From: Octopus sinensis
Lineage: Eukaryota
Direction: 5' to 3'
DNA length: 64,000 bases
Assembly (NCBI RefSeq): GCF_006345805.1
Contig: NC_043003.1
Coordinates: 89,032,001 to 89,096,000, forward strand
Shown: positions 13,908 to 26,704 of the stretch, one piece after another
Layout of the letters: each line of letters starts with the position of its first letter
Position numbering within the stretch: the stretch's first letter is position 1
Notes under the pieces: model-generated
The model's input: the letters and a program-made list of their open reading frames with translations, nothing else
What the model was told of the DNA's origin: nothing
The model's database searches: none
Translations under genes and position numbers: made by a program

Positions 13908-15088
13908 TATATACTTTGATAGGTTTCGGCCATTATTGGCCCAGGCCATGTCTAACTTAATAGCACCACCATATATATATATATCTACACATACACACAC
14001 ACATCATCATAATTCAATTTCCCCTTTTTCATGCTTACACGGGTCTGATGGAACTTGTTGATGGAAATTTTCTGAGGCTGGATGCCCTTCTTGTTGACAA
14101 CCTCATTTATTTCCAAGCAAGGTAATATTTTCTCATGGCTGGACATGTTTCCACAAAAACAATGGAAACAGACAACACTTTCTGTATGCCAGTGATTCTC
14201 ATTTTACAACTATCACGATGTCATTAAAAGTATATACAAACACACACACACACGCACACAATGCTGTCAAAGTTTTTCTACACTGTGAATTTTTTCTCTC
14301 CACTGTCATCCTTAGAGATAACTGCAGGTTTTTACTATTTTTAACCCAAAGAACACAAGGTATGTGTTAAGTAATGCACACATGAAGGTATTGCTCTGGC
14401 AGTTGCTAACAATAAACTGGTGTCAAACTAAGCTACCAAGCTGAACACAGGGTCATTCCCTGTAGCTGATGACCCAACAGATGTTCCTCCCCCACCAACA
14501 ACTGTACATCACATAAGAACCTTCCTACTGCTTCCCATTTTGGTGCTTTCTCCAACATCTAATAGATTTTGGAGGATTCTGGATTTCAGATGAAGGATTA
14601 TCAGCCTGTAGTACCTAATTTAAGAAGATTTAATGATAGCAACTCTGCTTTGTAATTAATAATGAGGCTTACCTGACAGCTCATAGATACAAAGTTCAAA
14701 TTCTGTCAGTGAGCACATTGATCTTTTTCTGCCTCAGATTTGTTCTTATCAAGATTAATATCATTGACATTGAAATCTTAACAGTTAATTCATAAGTTGT
14801 CCTCATTTTTAAGAGAATAAGGAGTCGTTCATGGAACTACTAGACCCTTTGTTAAGGGAGATCTAGCCACTGCATAAATAAGAAGAGCTTGTTAGTGCAG
14901 GAGACCTTCTATTTTGGTGATTTTTACAAATTCTAATTTTGGCGGGAACTTGGCATCAGTCCATATAGGGATAAAGTTGGTACCATTCATCATCATCATT
15001 TAATGTCTGCTTTCCATGCTAGCATGGGTTGATATGTAGCATTGTGAAATAGAAATGTCTAACAGCAAAAGTACCAAACTATACTCAC

Positions 15089-15206
15089 CGTTGTTATATG
15101 AAAGTAGAAACATTTGTAAAATACTAAAAGTACCACCAGTAAAATCCATCAAGACACCCCATATGCTCCATCCTTCTGTACTCCGTCTTACACAATTCAT
15201 ATGACA
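15089..15206 (-). CDS. CTNS: Cystinosin exon (118 nt) [39 protein letters not shown]
   Basis: Acceptor TAG, donor GTGAGT. STEGWSI and DFTGG motifs. Phase 0 to phase 1. Confidence 0.95.
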
Positions 15207-15799
15207 CTAAAAGTAAAAGACATTCATTAACGTAAAAAATAAACTTATCAGTTGATGTTGTTGTTGCTGTCGAGCATCTTTGGTCATTCCTTATCTAGGA
15301 AACCTATGACAAAATGTTTGCTTGATTGGCAAGGTGAGACTCTCACATCCAGCACTTCTCATAGACTAGGTCCCTACTTAGAAGAGAGCCCACACCCTGC
15401 ATTCTGGTATGGGTATTATGTAAAAGTTGATGCGTACCCCAAACCAACAAAGAAGCATATATGCAGTCCATTGATCTGATGGAAATAGCAGCTAACTCAC
15501 CTTTGAGTCAAATCTCCACTGTTTTAAACAAAGAAGATATTGGTTGATGTTGTCTTAGATACCCTTAAAAGATGGGATGGCCATCAGTGGAGTGCTTTTG
15601 ACCATAGATTTACTCCACTGAGGATGACCGAAGACTAAAGAACAACAACAACAACAACATTATCATATGTGGTAGTTAGAGTCAGAGGTCAAAGAATTAT
15701 AGAAAGTCATTCATTTGTATATAGAAATGTTCTTTGATAGATGAGATGGAATGGACATGTGTAGAGAAATGCTGTAATTTATGTCAGGTTGAAGGTATT

Positions 15800-15960
15800 A
15801 ATTGTTGTTCTGAGGATGATGGCAATGATTCAGATAATGAGGATAATGATGATGATGGTATTGATGGTGGTTGTGGTTATGGTGACAGTAGTGTTAGTGA
15901 AGTTGATTAAGGTGTTAGTGACAATAATGATTAGTATAATGAAGATGATGATGCTAATGA
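15800..15960. repeat. Degenerate (GAT/GGT)n microsatellite
   Basis: Trinucleotide low-complexity tract. Confidence 0.8.
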
Positions 15961-16454
15961 CACATCTACATAATTAGATATACATTCACTAAGAACTGAT
16001 TACACAGGAGCAGTCCAGCTTCTCAAAGGCAAGTACAGGTTTATGGGAAAAGGTATATAGTCCCTTAAAGGGCTTGCAACCACTACAACCACCATCAACC
16101 TCAACACCAACAACATGATGACAATGATGATCACTCAAATGACAAAGTAATGATAATTAACCCTTTTGTTAAAATTTTTCTGTTGAAATACACTTCCTTT
16201 GTTTCAATTAATTTTAAAAATAACAGAGAACGAGTTCAAATACTTTAAGTTAAAAAAAACCTCTTAAACCTCCAGTCAAGTATATATCTCTCATTTATAA
16301 CTAGCTTAATGAACCTAGTAATAAAGTGTTTTGTCAGTGTTCCAAAAATGCATATCAACCATTTTGATAAGAAAACTATTGCACTAATGACTCATCCATT
16401 GCGAGTCTATGTTAACAGGCCATGCCTGAAAAGTATAAGACTCACAATCTTATG

Positions 16455-16490
<36 letters not shown>

Positions 16491-17390
16491 GGTAGAAAAT
16501 ATTTTCCACAACATATTTGTAGTGGTTTCATGCAGGCATAGCATAGGTTTGATACTCAATTGCCAAATTTCACTTAACACTTCAACAGCGCTTTTCTCAT
16601 GGTAAAACAATAGTTTTTCTATGAATGACAGCAGTTATACATTTCCCATATGCCTCCATTGAGCAGAATAATGTCTTTGCCACTTGACCCTCCTAACCTC
16701 TCCTAGGCCACCAGGGGCTGGAATGGAGATAACAGACCATCAGTGAAATCATTTGTTCTCAACAATATGTCTATCCTTCTGGCTGCTTTTTGATAGTTAT
16801 AAAAACAAGAACTCCGTAAGCTAAAGGCAATTACTGACAGTGGCCACCAGTGAGTGTGAATGTTATTACTGCACTTTCTAACCCATTTTATTTTTTATGT
16901 TCTATTACTTTGAACCAATAATCAGTTGACCTAATTCTGCATTTCACTACTCACAGTTTTGAACTGCTAAACATTATTATTGCACTTCCTTAATTTGAAT
17001 CTCTTCATTCATACATTTCTATACATACATACTTTTTTGAATGCCCATTGCTCCGATAATTGTGCATTTTTACAGTTAGACTTTCTCCGTGACAGTAGAT
17101 AAATTTTTTGTTCCACTAAGTATTTGTAGTGGCTTCATGCAGGCATAGCGTGGATTCCATCCTCAATTACCAAATTTCACTTAACACTTCAGCAGTGCTT
17201 TCCTCATGGTAAAACGATAGTTTTTCTATGAATGACAGCAGTTATACATTTCCCAGATGCCTCCGCTAAGCAGAATAATATCTTTGCCGTTTGACCCTTC
17301 TAACCTCTTCTAGGCCACCAGGAGCTGGAATGGAGATAACAATATGTCTATCCTTCTGGCTGCTTTTTGATAGTTATAAATAACAACTGA

Positions 17391-19100
17391 GTGAAATCCA
17401 TGGGTGGCAGTAGAGTTGCTGCTTTTGGTCTGCCTCAACCAGATGTGTCACCTGGAACCCTTGACATTGAATATGTATGGGAGATCAATTATGATGTCGA
17501 AGAAATGGCAACGTTTGTGGCTGATAATGAACACAAATTGAACAAGGATCAAAAAACTGCCTTAGAATCCATTAGTTCATCTATTCATAGTGAGACAGGT
17601 AATCTCTTCTTTCTTGATTCTCCAGGTGGAACTGGCAAAACATTTATCATCAATCTTGTTTTGGTGAAGCTGCAACAAAATAAGCAGATAGCTCTTGCCG
17701 TGGCATTAAGTGGAACAGCTGCAACTTTGTTAAATGGTGGACGCACAGCTCATTCATGCTTCAAATTGCCTCTGGACCTTGCAAAAAAAGACATAGCAAC
17801 CTGCAATATCAGTTGTGGCACTACAAAAGCAAAAATTCACACCGAGTGCAAACTGATCATTTGGGATGAAGTGACAATGTGTCATAAGGGGGATTTTGAG
17901 GTTCTTGACAGATTACTTCAAAATCTGAGGTACAACTCAAGGCTAATGGGCAGCCTAACAGTACTCCTTGCAGGCAACTTTCAACAAAAACTCCCAGTCA
18001 TTGCAAAGAGAACAAGAGCAGATGAGGTAAATGTGGGCATCAAATCTTCATACCTTTGGGGCAAAGTTAGAAAGTTGAAACTCACAACAAACATGAGAGT
18101 GTAGTTAGGTGATTATGTGCAGGGATATTGGAAATGGTGCTGTAATTGTTGAGCAGGATGGGAAGATTAGTTCACCCTTTGGCAATTTGGTGTCAAATAT
18201 ACATGAACTATTGGTGAGAGTTTTCCCTAATCTGAACACGCAATTCAAAAACCATTGTTGGCTGAGAAAATGTGCAATTTTGGAGCCTAAAAATGTTGCA
18301 GTAGATAGCATAAACAATCACCTTCTGGAACAACTGCCTGGTGATTGTCGTACATACAAGTCAATTGATACTGTGCTCCACACCAATGATGCTGTTCATT
18401 ACCCTATTGAATTCCTCAATAGTCTTGCACCTTTGGATCTACTGCTGCATGAATTGCATCTAAAGGTTGGAGCCCCAGTTGTGCTTTTAAGAAACCTCGA
18501 TCCTCCAAAATTATGCAATGGCATGAGACTTATTTTCAAAAAAATTGATGCAGATAGTGTTGGAGGCAACAATACTAACTGGGAAAGCAAGTGGTGAAGA
18601 TGTTTTCATTCCAAAGATTCCTCTGATTGCATCAACAAAGCACAGGGTCAGACATTGGAAGTGGTAGGCCTTAATCTTGCAGAAACTGCTTTTTCTCACA
18701 GATAATCTAGAGTTGGAAATCCGGAAAAATCTACTCCTCTATGCACCCAATAGCAAAACCAAAAACATTGTGTATCATGAAGCTCTGCAACACTGAAATT
18801 TTGGAACAAAGATGCCTCTCCCTCCGACAACCTCCGACAATCTCTCTCGCCAGCTTCCAGCAACCTCTCTCGCCAACCTCCGAAAACCTTTCTTGACAAC
18901 CTCTCTAGACAACATCTGAAAATCTCTCTTGCCAACCTCCAACAATCTCTCCTTCCTCCAGCTGACAGTTTTTGTATGTTTTTGTAACGGATAATACACC
19001 TTTTGTGGCAGTTATAACGAAATTGCTTTCTTATATCAGAGTCATAAAGTGTTTCAACAGAATATCTTTACCCCCAGGAATTACCAGGTAGACCAGCTAG
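17391..19100 (+). mobile_element. Helitron relic: Pif1-type helicase half of RepHel plus 3' end
   Basis: 'FFLDSPGGTGKTF', 'GGRTAHSCFKLP', 'IIWDE', 'LKVGAPVVLLRNLDPPKLCNG'. 3' end ...ccaggaattaccaggtagaccagCTAG-T. Confidence 0.9.
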
Positions 19101-20794
19101 TATATACATATTCACATAGATATACATATATGCTATTTGTTATTTTTTACATCAAAAACTCTTAACATGGTTTGAATCCTCCGAAGAACTGTTTATATCG
19201 TGACCTGATTGAAACATGTGTAGGTACTTCTTATACTTGATGATGATGATGATGATGATGTATGTTCATTTAAATTTTATTTGTATTAAACTATTTGCTA
19301 TGTTCATATTGTGATACAAATAAAATAAGTATCCACAATATGTTTTCTCCCTTTTCTTATAGTAATAAATGTATATTAAACTATCTATCCCTATATATTG
19401 AGAGGATTCTCCCAATATATCATTTATAACATCAGTTGATCTTTGGATTTTATAATCCCTAAAAAGGACACTATAGCCTCAAACTGACTATATATATGTT
19501 TGTGTGTGTGTAAAATATGTATGTGTTTGTGTGTGTATGTATATATATATATATATATCATCATAGTTTTAATGTTCACTTTTCCATGCTTACATGAGTT
19601 AAATGGAATTTATGAAACAGATTTTCTAAGGCTGGATGCCTTTCCTGTTGCCAAACCTCACCTGTTCCCAAGCAAAGTAATATTTCCTCATGACCATACA
19701 TATTTTTGCAAAATATTGGAAATGAAAAACACTGCTTGTATGACAGGAGCACTCATTTACAACTATCATGTGGTGTCGAGACAAGGAGATACAAACATAC
19801 ACGCACCTCACACACATATGTGTACATATGTGATAGAAAACACTAGCTGAAGGTGCTAGGCAATAGTCCTGGACCTGAAACGTGGTTGGGAAGCTAACTT
19901 CTTAACCATATCCTTCTCCGACACACACATATTATATACCAAAGATACACTTTTTTATTTTATCTTCCAGTATAACAGATACTGAATCCCAAGTCTTATT
20001 TATCTGATATATACTGAAGTCTAATGCAATCCAGTGAGCTACCACATCATTCTGGTCTCTATAGTAACAACAGTGACAGCAATGACCATGTAGTTAAGAA
20101 GTTTGCTTCACAAACATATAGTTCTGGGTTTCATCTCACTACATGACCCTTTGGACAAGTTTCTCCAACCACAGCATCAGGTGTGCTAATATCTTGTGAA
20201 TGGTATTTGGTACATAAAAGTTGTGCAAAAGCTCTGTGTGTGCACATGTGCATTGTGTATGCGTGTGCATGCACAAATATCCTTTCCCAATATCTTTCAG
20301 CAAAAGATATAAACATAGAGAGGAAGTTGCAAAACCACTACTTTCGGAAGAAGGTTTCCAGAGCTGTTTGCTGTAGACCGAGTAACAGATATCTTGTCAT
20401 TCTCACTGACAGAAATCTGTGGTAGACTATTTTGAAATGTGATCAATGACACTATTGTTCAGAAATCACTTTTGGGCTGTACAACAACTGAGAGATAAAT
20501 CACAACCATGAATAAGATGTTTGTCTATTGCAGATAAGATTTGCTCAGTTTCCTCAGTGACTCAACGAAATAGTATTAAGTGTTAGTATAGTCACTGTTT
20601 ACAACACTAAACTATATGACCTTGTGGTGACCAATTTACAGTTAGTAAACTGAGCCATTAAGAGCTATGTGAAAAAGACAAGAGAGTGCAATGTAAGAAA
20701 CACAATATGAAGATGAAAGGTACCCAACTGAACCAGGTACTCATAGATCAATATAAAAAATGGTTAATCAATAAAGTTGGAAATATTTACTTAC

Positions 20795-20965
20795 CTGAGG
20801 TATGTATTTGATAAAAGTGACAAATAACTTGACATAGGATAGGTAATACAGAAACTGTAACCAATTAATTGCCTTTGCTCCAGCAACAATTAAGGAAATA
20901 AAAATAAATAGCATCATTAGGATTATAATCACTTGACCAATCTTGGATACTTTTTGAGTTCCACG
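20795..20965 (-). CDS. CTNS: Cystinosin exon (171 nt) RGTQKVSKIGQVIIILMMLFIFISLIVAGAKAINWLQFLYYLSYVKLFVTFIKYIPQ
   Basis: Acceptor TAG at 20967-20966, donor GTAAG. Second PQ motif. Phase 0 to 0. Not in the ORF track. Confidence 0.95.
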
Positions 20966-21297
20966 CTACCAAAAAAAAACAAAAAAACAATTTAAATTAA
21001 TAATTTTTTGCATTAATATTGTATATGACTATAAATATTGTTGGTGAGTTGTAGACAATTTAATCTATTGTATTCTTTACTGGCATTTGTTTTTATTGAC
21101 TATAAAATATAAATGCAAAAGCAGTCTCTTGTGAGTTTGAACTCCTGAAGAATAGCAATAATGACTTCTCAGGTATGCTAGGTTAACATGAGCTTAATAT
21201 ACTTGAGGTATTCCTCCCTGGTATATCATATGTGTATGTGTCTGTGTGTATCTCTCTCTCTCTCTCTCTTTCTATATATATATATATATATATATAT

Positions 21298-24200
21298 GAT
21301 GGTTGCCCCCTCATTATCGAGTATGGCCATTGCACAAAGCTTAACTGTTATTGGTGCTGTGATCGAATGTGACTTTTTAGTCTTGTACAGAATTGGCAGC
21401 TAATACCTTTACTGGTAATAGCCGGCTGTAGTTGTAACTGGGCTTCATGTACCTTTGCATGTCGTTTAAGTCCTCCTGCTGAATTACACTCTCTTCCACA
21501 TGATTAGTATGGTGTGTCACACCACCACCAGTGGCCAGGTTGTCACTCATCTGCCTCGTTTTATGACTACGAAGATGACTCTTGAGTCCAGCTTTACTGA
21601 GGCAGGGTCTTGCACAGACACTGCATGTCAGCATCATAGGAAGACCCTTCCCATCTGGAAGTGTAACAGCGAAGCCCTTCCTGACAATCCTCCTTACTTT
21701 CTCATGTGCAACTCAAGATTTCTCAAAAGTAGCAGTCCCCTTGTGCACAATCCTTCTCCACCTGCTACGATCAATAGCTATGCCCTCCCATGTGTCAGGA
21801 GAGATGCAAGCATCTCTTAAGGAAGCCTTCAGCAAGTCCTTATACCTCTTTTTTGGTTTATGTGGGGGTTGTTCTCCTTTAGCTAACTCTCCATAAAAGA
21901 GTTGTTTTGGCATCCTTGAATCCTTCATCCTGACCAGATGACCACTCCATCTGAGCCTTTGCTTTAACACAAGAGCTTCTATACTTTCGCACCAAGAGCC
22001 TTCCAATATTTCAAGATCACTGATGCGGTCCCCCCACTTAATGCCATATATTCCGTCTGAGACACATCTGATAGAAACGTTCCAGTTGTTTAAGGTGGTA
22101 TTGATATGTGACCCACGTCTCGCAGGCATAGAGAAGAGAAGGGAGCACACATATCTTGTACACCTTTATCTTTGTCTTTCTGCATATGTCTTGCCGACTC
22201 CAGAGGCGCCTTTTTAGCCTTCTGAAAGCATCACTCGCTTTCCTAATTCTGATTGGAATTTCATCATCCAAAGTGCTACATCTATTAACAGTGCTTCCCA
22301 GGTAGACAAACTGATCAACTACATCAAGTCGTTTACCATACACATAGATATTTGGTACACTATACTGCTTACCAGGGGCAGGTTGGCACATGACAACAGT
22401 TTTCTTGAGATTGACTGTCAGAGAATGCATTCAAAATTTGTTGCATATCGATCTCTGTGTGTGCTACTAGATCACAATCATCTGCATACAAAAGGTTTCT
22501 TATGATAGAGGTAAATACCTTTGTTTTTGCAGCAAAGCGCCTGATATTAAATTTGCTGCCAGAGGTTCGATAATGGATGTAAACACCATATCCGCAGTTT
22601 CTGAAAGCAATACAGAAAACCATCGCGAAATATATGGCAAATAGGGTCGGTACCCGAATATCCCCCTGTTTTACTCCATTTTGTATTGAAATGGGCTCCG
22701 ACATTTTCCCTCTAACATTAACCCTACCCTTTATGTTTTCATGAAAAGACTTAACCAAAGCAAGGAACTTTTCAGGACACCCAAGTTTCTGGAGGACTTT
22801 CCACAATGCTTTTCTATTAACGGTATCAAAGGCTTTAGTCAGATCGAAAAAAACCTGATACAAATCCAGACCCTGTTCCACACACTTCTCCTGAAGTTGT
22901 CTAGCTGAAACAATTATATCAGCAGTGCCACATCCCACAGGAAAGCCAGATAGACTTTCTGGAAGAACATAATCTGCAGCGTGTTTCAGCAGACGATCCA
23001 GAAGGACCCTGCATAAAACCTTTCCTACAACAGAAATCAATGATATTCCCCTATACTTACCACAATCATTCCTGTTGCACTTTCCCTTATGCAGGACCAC
23101 CATTACTGCATCTCTCCAGTCCTCAGGTACAGATTCACTAGTCCATATCTTACCAAATAAAGAGTGAAGTTGCTGCAGAAGTTCCTCACCACCACGCTGT
23201 AACAACTCTACATGTATGCCATCCATACCCGGAGATTTCCCATCATTCATCCTTGAGACAGCCATTGCAACTTCTTCCAACTTTGGTGGTTCTGCGAGTG
23301 CTGCCTTCACAGGTAATCCAGGGATGAGATTGAGAACATCCTCACTAACTACAGACTGCTGATTCAAAAGTTCATCAAAGTGTTCTTGCCACCTTCGCAG
23401 AATTCCTTGTGAATCACGAAGAAGTTCTTTACCATCCCTGCTTCGAAGTGGTGTCATCAAGGAAGATGTCAGTCCGTAAACTTCTCGCAAGAGACCATAC
23501 AACAGCTTTGTGTTATTGGAATCCAATGCTGCCTGTATTTCATCAGCCTTCTTACTCCACCACGTATCCCTCATCTGAGAGAGCCTTTGCCTCACACGTG
23601 ATTTTACGTCCTTGATTCCCTATGCAATACTTCCCTTTCCTGTGGCTTTTCTGACAAATAGCGTGACAAAATACGTCTTTTACCAGCCACTAAATCATCT
23701 ATATGTTCATCATTTTCTTTAAACCAATCCCAGAACTTTCTTGCCTATATCATAAACTGACTTTTTAAGGGTCAGTCAATCCTCCCCAATATCTGCAGCA
23801 TTCATTTCCTCTTGTAAAGTTCTCTTCACACTATTACACCTAAGACGATCAACATTCAGTCTTTTAGGCAGGGTAATACCTGCAGCCCGGATTTTATGTT
23901 TTGTGACTAATTTCACTTTTGCACGTACTAGGCGGTGGTCAGTCCAACACTCAGCTCCACGTAGAACACGAACACACTGCACATCTTGTCTGTCACTCAC
24001 TCTAACAAGGATGTAATCCAGAATATGCCATTCCTTAGATGCAGGGTGCATCCATGTAGTCTTAAACTTATTCTTTTGTTGAAATATGGTATTGGTAACA
24101 AACAGACGCAGCTCCTCACACATCTGCAGCAAAAGCATACCATTTCTATTACACTTTCCCACCCCATGCTTTCCAATTACAGTCCATGTATTAAAATCCC

Positions 24201-24790
24201 TACCCACTCTAGCATTAAAGTCACCCAGTACGATTACTTTGTCTGCCCGAGGGATATTTCTTATAATGCCCTTCAAAGCATGGTAGAAAGAAATTTTTTC
24301 ATCATCAGTATAGCACATAGTTGGAGCATACACACTCACCAAGGTCACATAATTTCCTTTAACCAAAGGAATTCTCATGGACATAAGATGCTCGTTAATT
24401 CCAACTGGGAATTCTTCCAACTTGTCCACAAGAGTAGTCTTAACAGCAAATGCCACTCCCGCCTCTCTAAACTCTTCATTCCTCCTTTTCCAAAAGAATG
24501 CATATTTTCCACAAGATTCTGTAAGATGACCATCTCCAGGTAATCGCGTCTCAGATAAAGCAACGATGTCAAGATCATAGCGTTGAAGCTCCTTCGCAAC
24601 AAGCGCAGTCCTTCTTTCAGGACATTCAGAGGACTTGCGGTCAAGCAGTGTCCGTACATTCCAACAGCCAATATTCAATATTTTATTTGGTTCTATCACA
24701 GTAGCATGATGACGGCCTGGTTCAGACTGTGATGCTCTGGAGCCCCTGCTGGGTCAGACTTTTTCAACTGATGTGGTTCCAGAGTCCTTA
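21298..24790 (-). mobile_element. Near full-length RTE/BovB-like LINE (family B), disrupted
   Basis: APE endonuclease 'GCWNVRTLLD..ERRTALVAKEL..SETRL' and 'GDFNARVG'. RT 'YRGISL', 'DLTKAFD', 'LLYADD'. C-terminal C2H2 finger 'CSVCARPCLSKAGLKSHLRSH'. Confidence 0.92.
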
Positions 24791-25524
24791 CTGCCATTTA
24801 TTTTTATACTGTTTTGGTACATCATTGATTTTTTGCTTTTTAAGGCTACAGCCAGCCATTCAGTTGAGACTCATAGTGCCATCAACAATCATGAATTATT
24901 AATCAATTTGATCAATCAATCAATCAATATTGTTATCATGCAATGCCTGGGCAAGAAGATTTTTTTAAAGTGAAGAAAGGCTGTGCACAGAGTCAACCCC
25001 ACTCACTAAGCAACAGCAGCCATAATCCGAAAATTGACAAACAAAGACGCACCATGTAGTAATATGACTAGACTAGATGCTGCTAGTCGGCAGACTGATG
25101 CCTGATGGTTGCATCAAGTGGCTTCTAGTGGCAGAAGCCTGAACTACAATGGGCTTGTCCCACAGAAAATGTTTCTAGCTACATTTGGGTACCCCCTCAT
25201 ACACACACACACATATATATCTATATCCTTAGATATGAAGTAAGATCAGAACATATAATCAACCAGGAAAATTGAGGGAAAACAGTTTAAGTCATGTCCA
25301 AGAACATAAAAAACAATAGATGAAATAACGAGGTTTGAATTCCTGAACATGTGGTATTTGGCTCATCCTTGTCATCTCTACATCCTATGTGACTCACACC
25401 TTAAAACAGTCTATCCCAGTTTGTATGAAATAGCTTATTGAGTATGTTGTTAATTATTGTTGCATATAGTTATTTAATAAATTTTTACACTATTTTTCAA
25501 AAATATGAACCACTTTAAACTTAC

Positions 25525-25644
25525 CTCATATACATAAATTTGACCAATAGTGAACAAGGAGATCAATGTTGCATGTATAGTAAAGACTACATCATTGAGT
25601 TGAACTGGGAGAATACCATAAGGATTATCATGAAAATACAGTTT
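25525..25644 (-). CDS. CTNS: Cystinosin exon (120 nt) KLYFHDNPYGILPVQLNDVVFTIHATLISLFTIGQIYVYE
   Basis: Acceptor TTTCAG, donor GTAAG. PV-x-x-ND-V-x-F-x-x-HA motif. Phase 0 to 0. Confidence 0.95.
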
Positions 25645-25883
25645 CTGAAATGGAAAAAATATATAAATTGCCTTAAAAAAATCAAATGCATCATTCATCT
25701 ATTAAATACTTTGCTTGATTTATCTTCTAATGGTATTCATACCTTTAACACTGCAGCCCATGACACTGAAATTAAATACTGTAAACCTGGTACTCTATTC
25801 TTTCAGACATCTCTACTGATGGAGATGTACTTGTCTGGTAAGTGGCATGATCTGAAACTGTGTACTGAAACTAAAACAACTGT

Positions 25884-26137
25884 AGCATAGAAGACACATT
25901 GCAGTCATTCAAAAACATACAAAATCTGTTAAATTCATTTAACTATTTATTATATTTGGTGTCAAAATTTTCATCATACTGTCTGCAACCTGGGCACTGA
26001 CATAACTCAATGCAGTGGAACTATATCAGTGAACAGCTTACAGATAGTGCAATGGAAATTTTAACAAATAATAAATGACTGAGTGAAGTTAACAGTTTTT
26101 GTGAGTTTCTGAATGGCTAATATGTGTCTTCTATGCT
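25884..26137. repeat. Imperfect fold-back (palindromic MITE-like element)
   Basis: agcatagaagacacat... pairs with ...atgtgtcttctatgct. Pairing continues with mismatches to a centre near 26010. Confidence 0.8.
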
Positions 26138-26704
26138 GTACTAGTTAAGTAACTGTAATAAAATAATTACTTATTTCTTTTGATGGGGCTTGTAACTAGG
26201 GTTTTTTAAGGAACATTTCCTGTCTTTTGCACAGAAGTGAATTTTTTTTTTATAGCTGAAGACTGCAATGAATTCACTCTAATCAAATAGGGCTGCATTA
26301 AAGGAAATTTTATAGGTGAAATTGTAATTACATTAACTGAAAATGTAATTATTGAAGTCAGAGAAACTGACCTTTCTTTCATCAATGAGCTGTTTTTCTC
26401 AACTGATTGTTTGGGTAAAATTCAGGAGTAACAGTGTTTGTCGAAGTTGGCAAATTTCCTTGGTCAGTTGGGGAGTGGTTATTTATAGAATACTTTTCTT
26501 TTGAATTGATTCTACATACTTTATAGTCACATAGATTTCAGAGTTGGTTATATTATTTGAATTTCTGTGAAGGTTATTAATAGTAGTAGTGGATAATAAG
26601 TAGACAGTCAGAACTATGTGGTTATTAAAGGAAGTAGTCAGTTGTATTTAAAATTTTTCTAACTAATTAGTATTGTTGTTTTAAAGTGTTTTTAGGTTAT
26701 ACAT

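Noticed and set aside
19175-19228. Hammerhead-like CCGAAGA...GAAACATGTGTA
   Set aside because: U4 is mutated and stems I and II do not pair convincingly. At best a decayed relic.
24970-25202. Mariner-TIR-like tatgagggggtacccaaa on the minus strand
   Set aside because: No partner TIR or transposase found.
26170-26700. Possible very old PLE endonuclease remnant on the minus strand
   Set aside because: Only faint motif hints with many stops; cannot be supported by eye.
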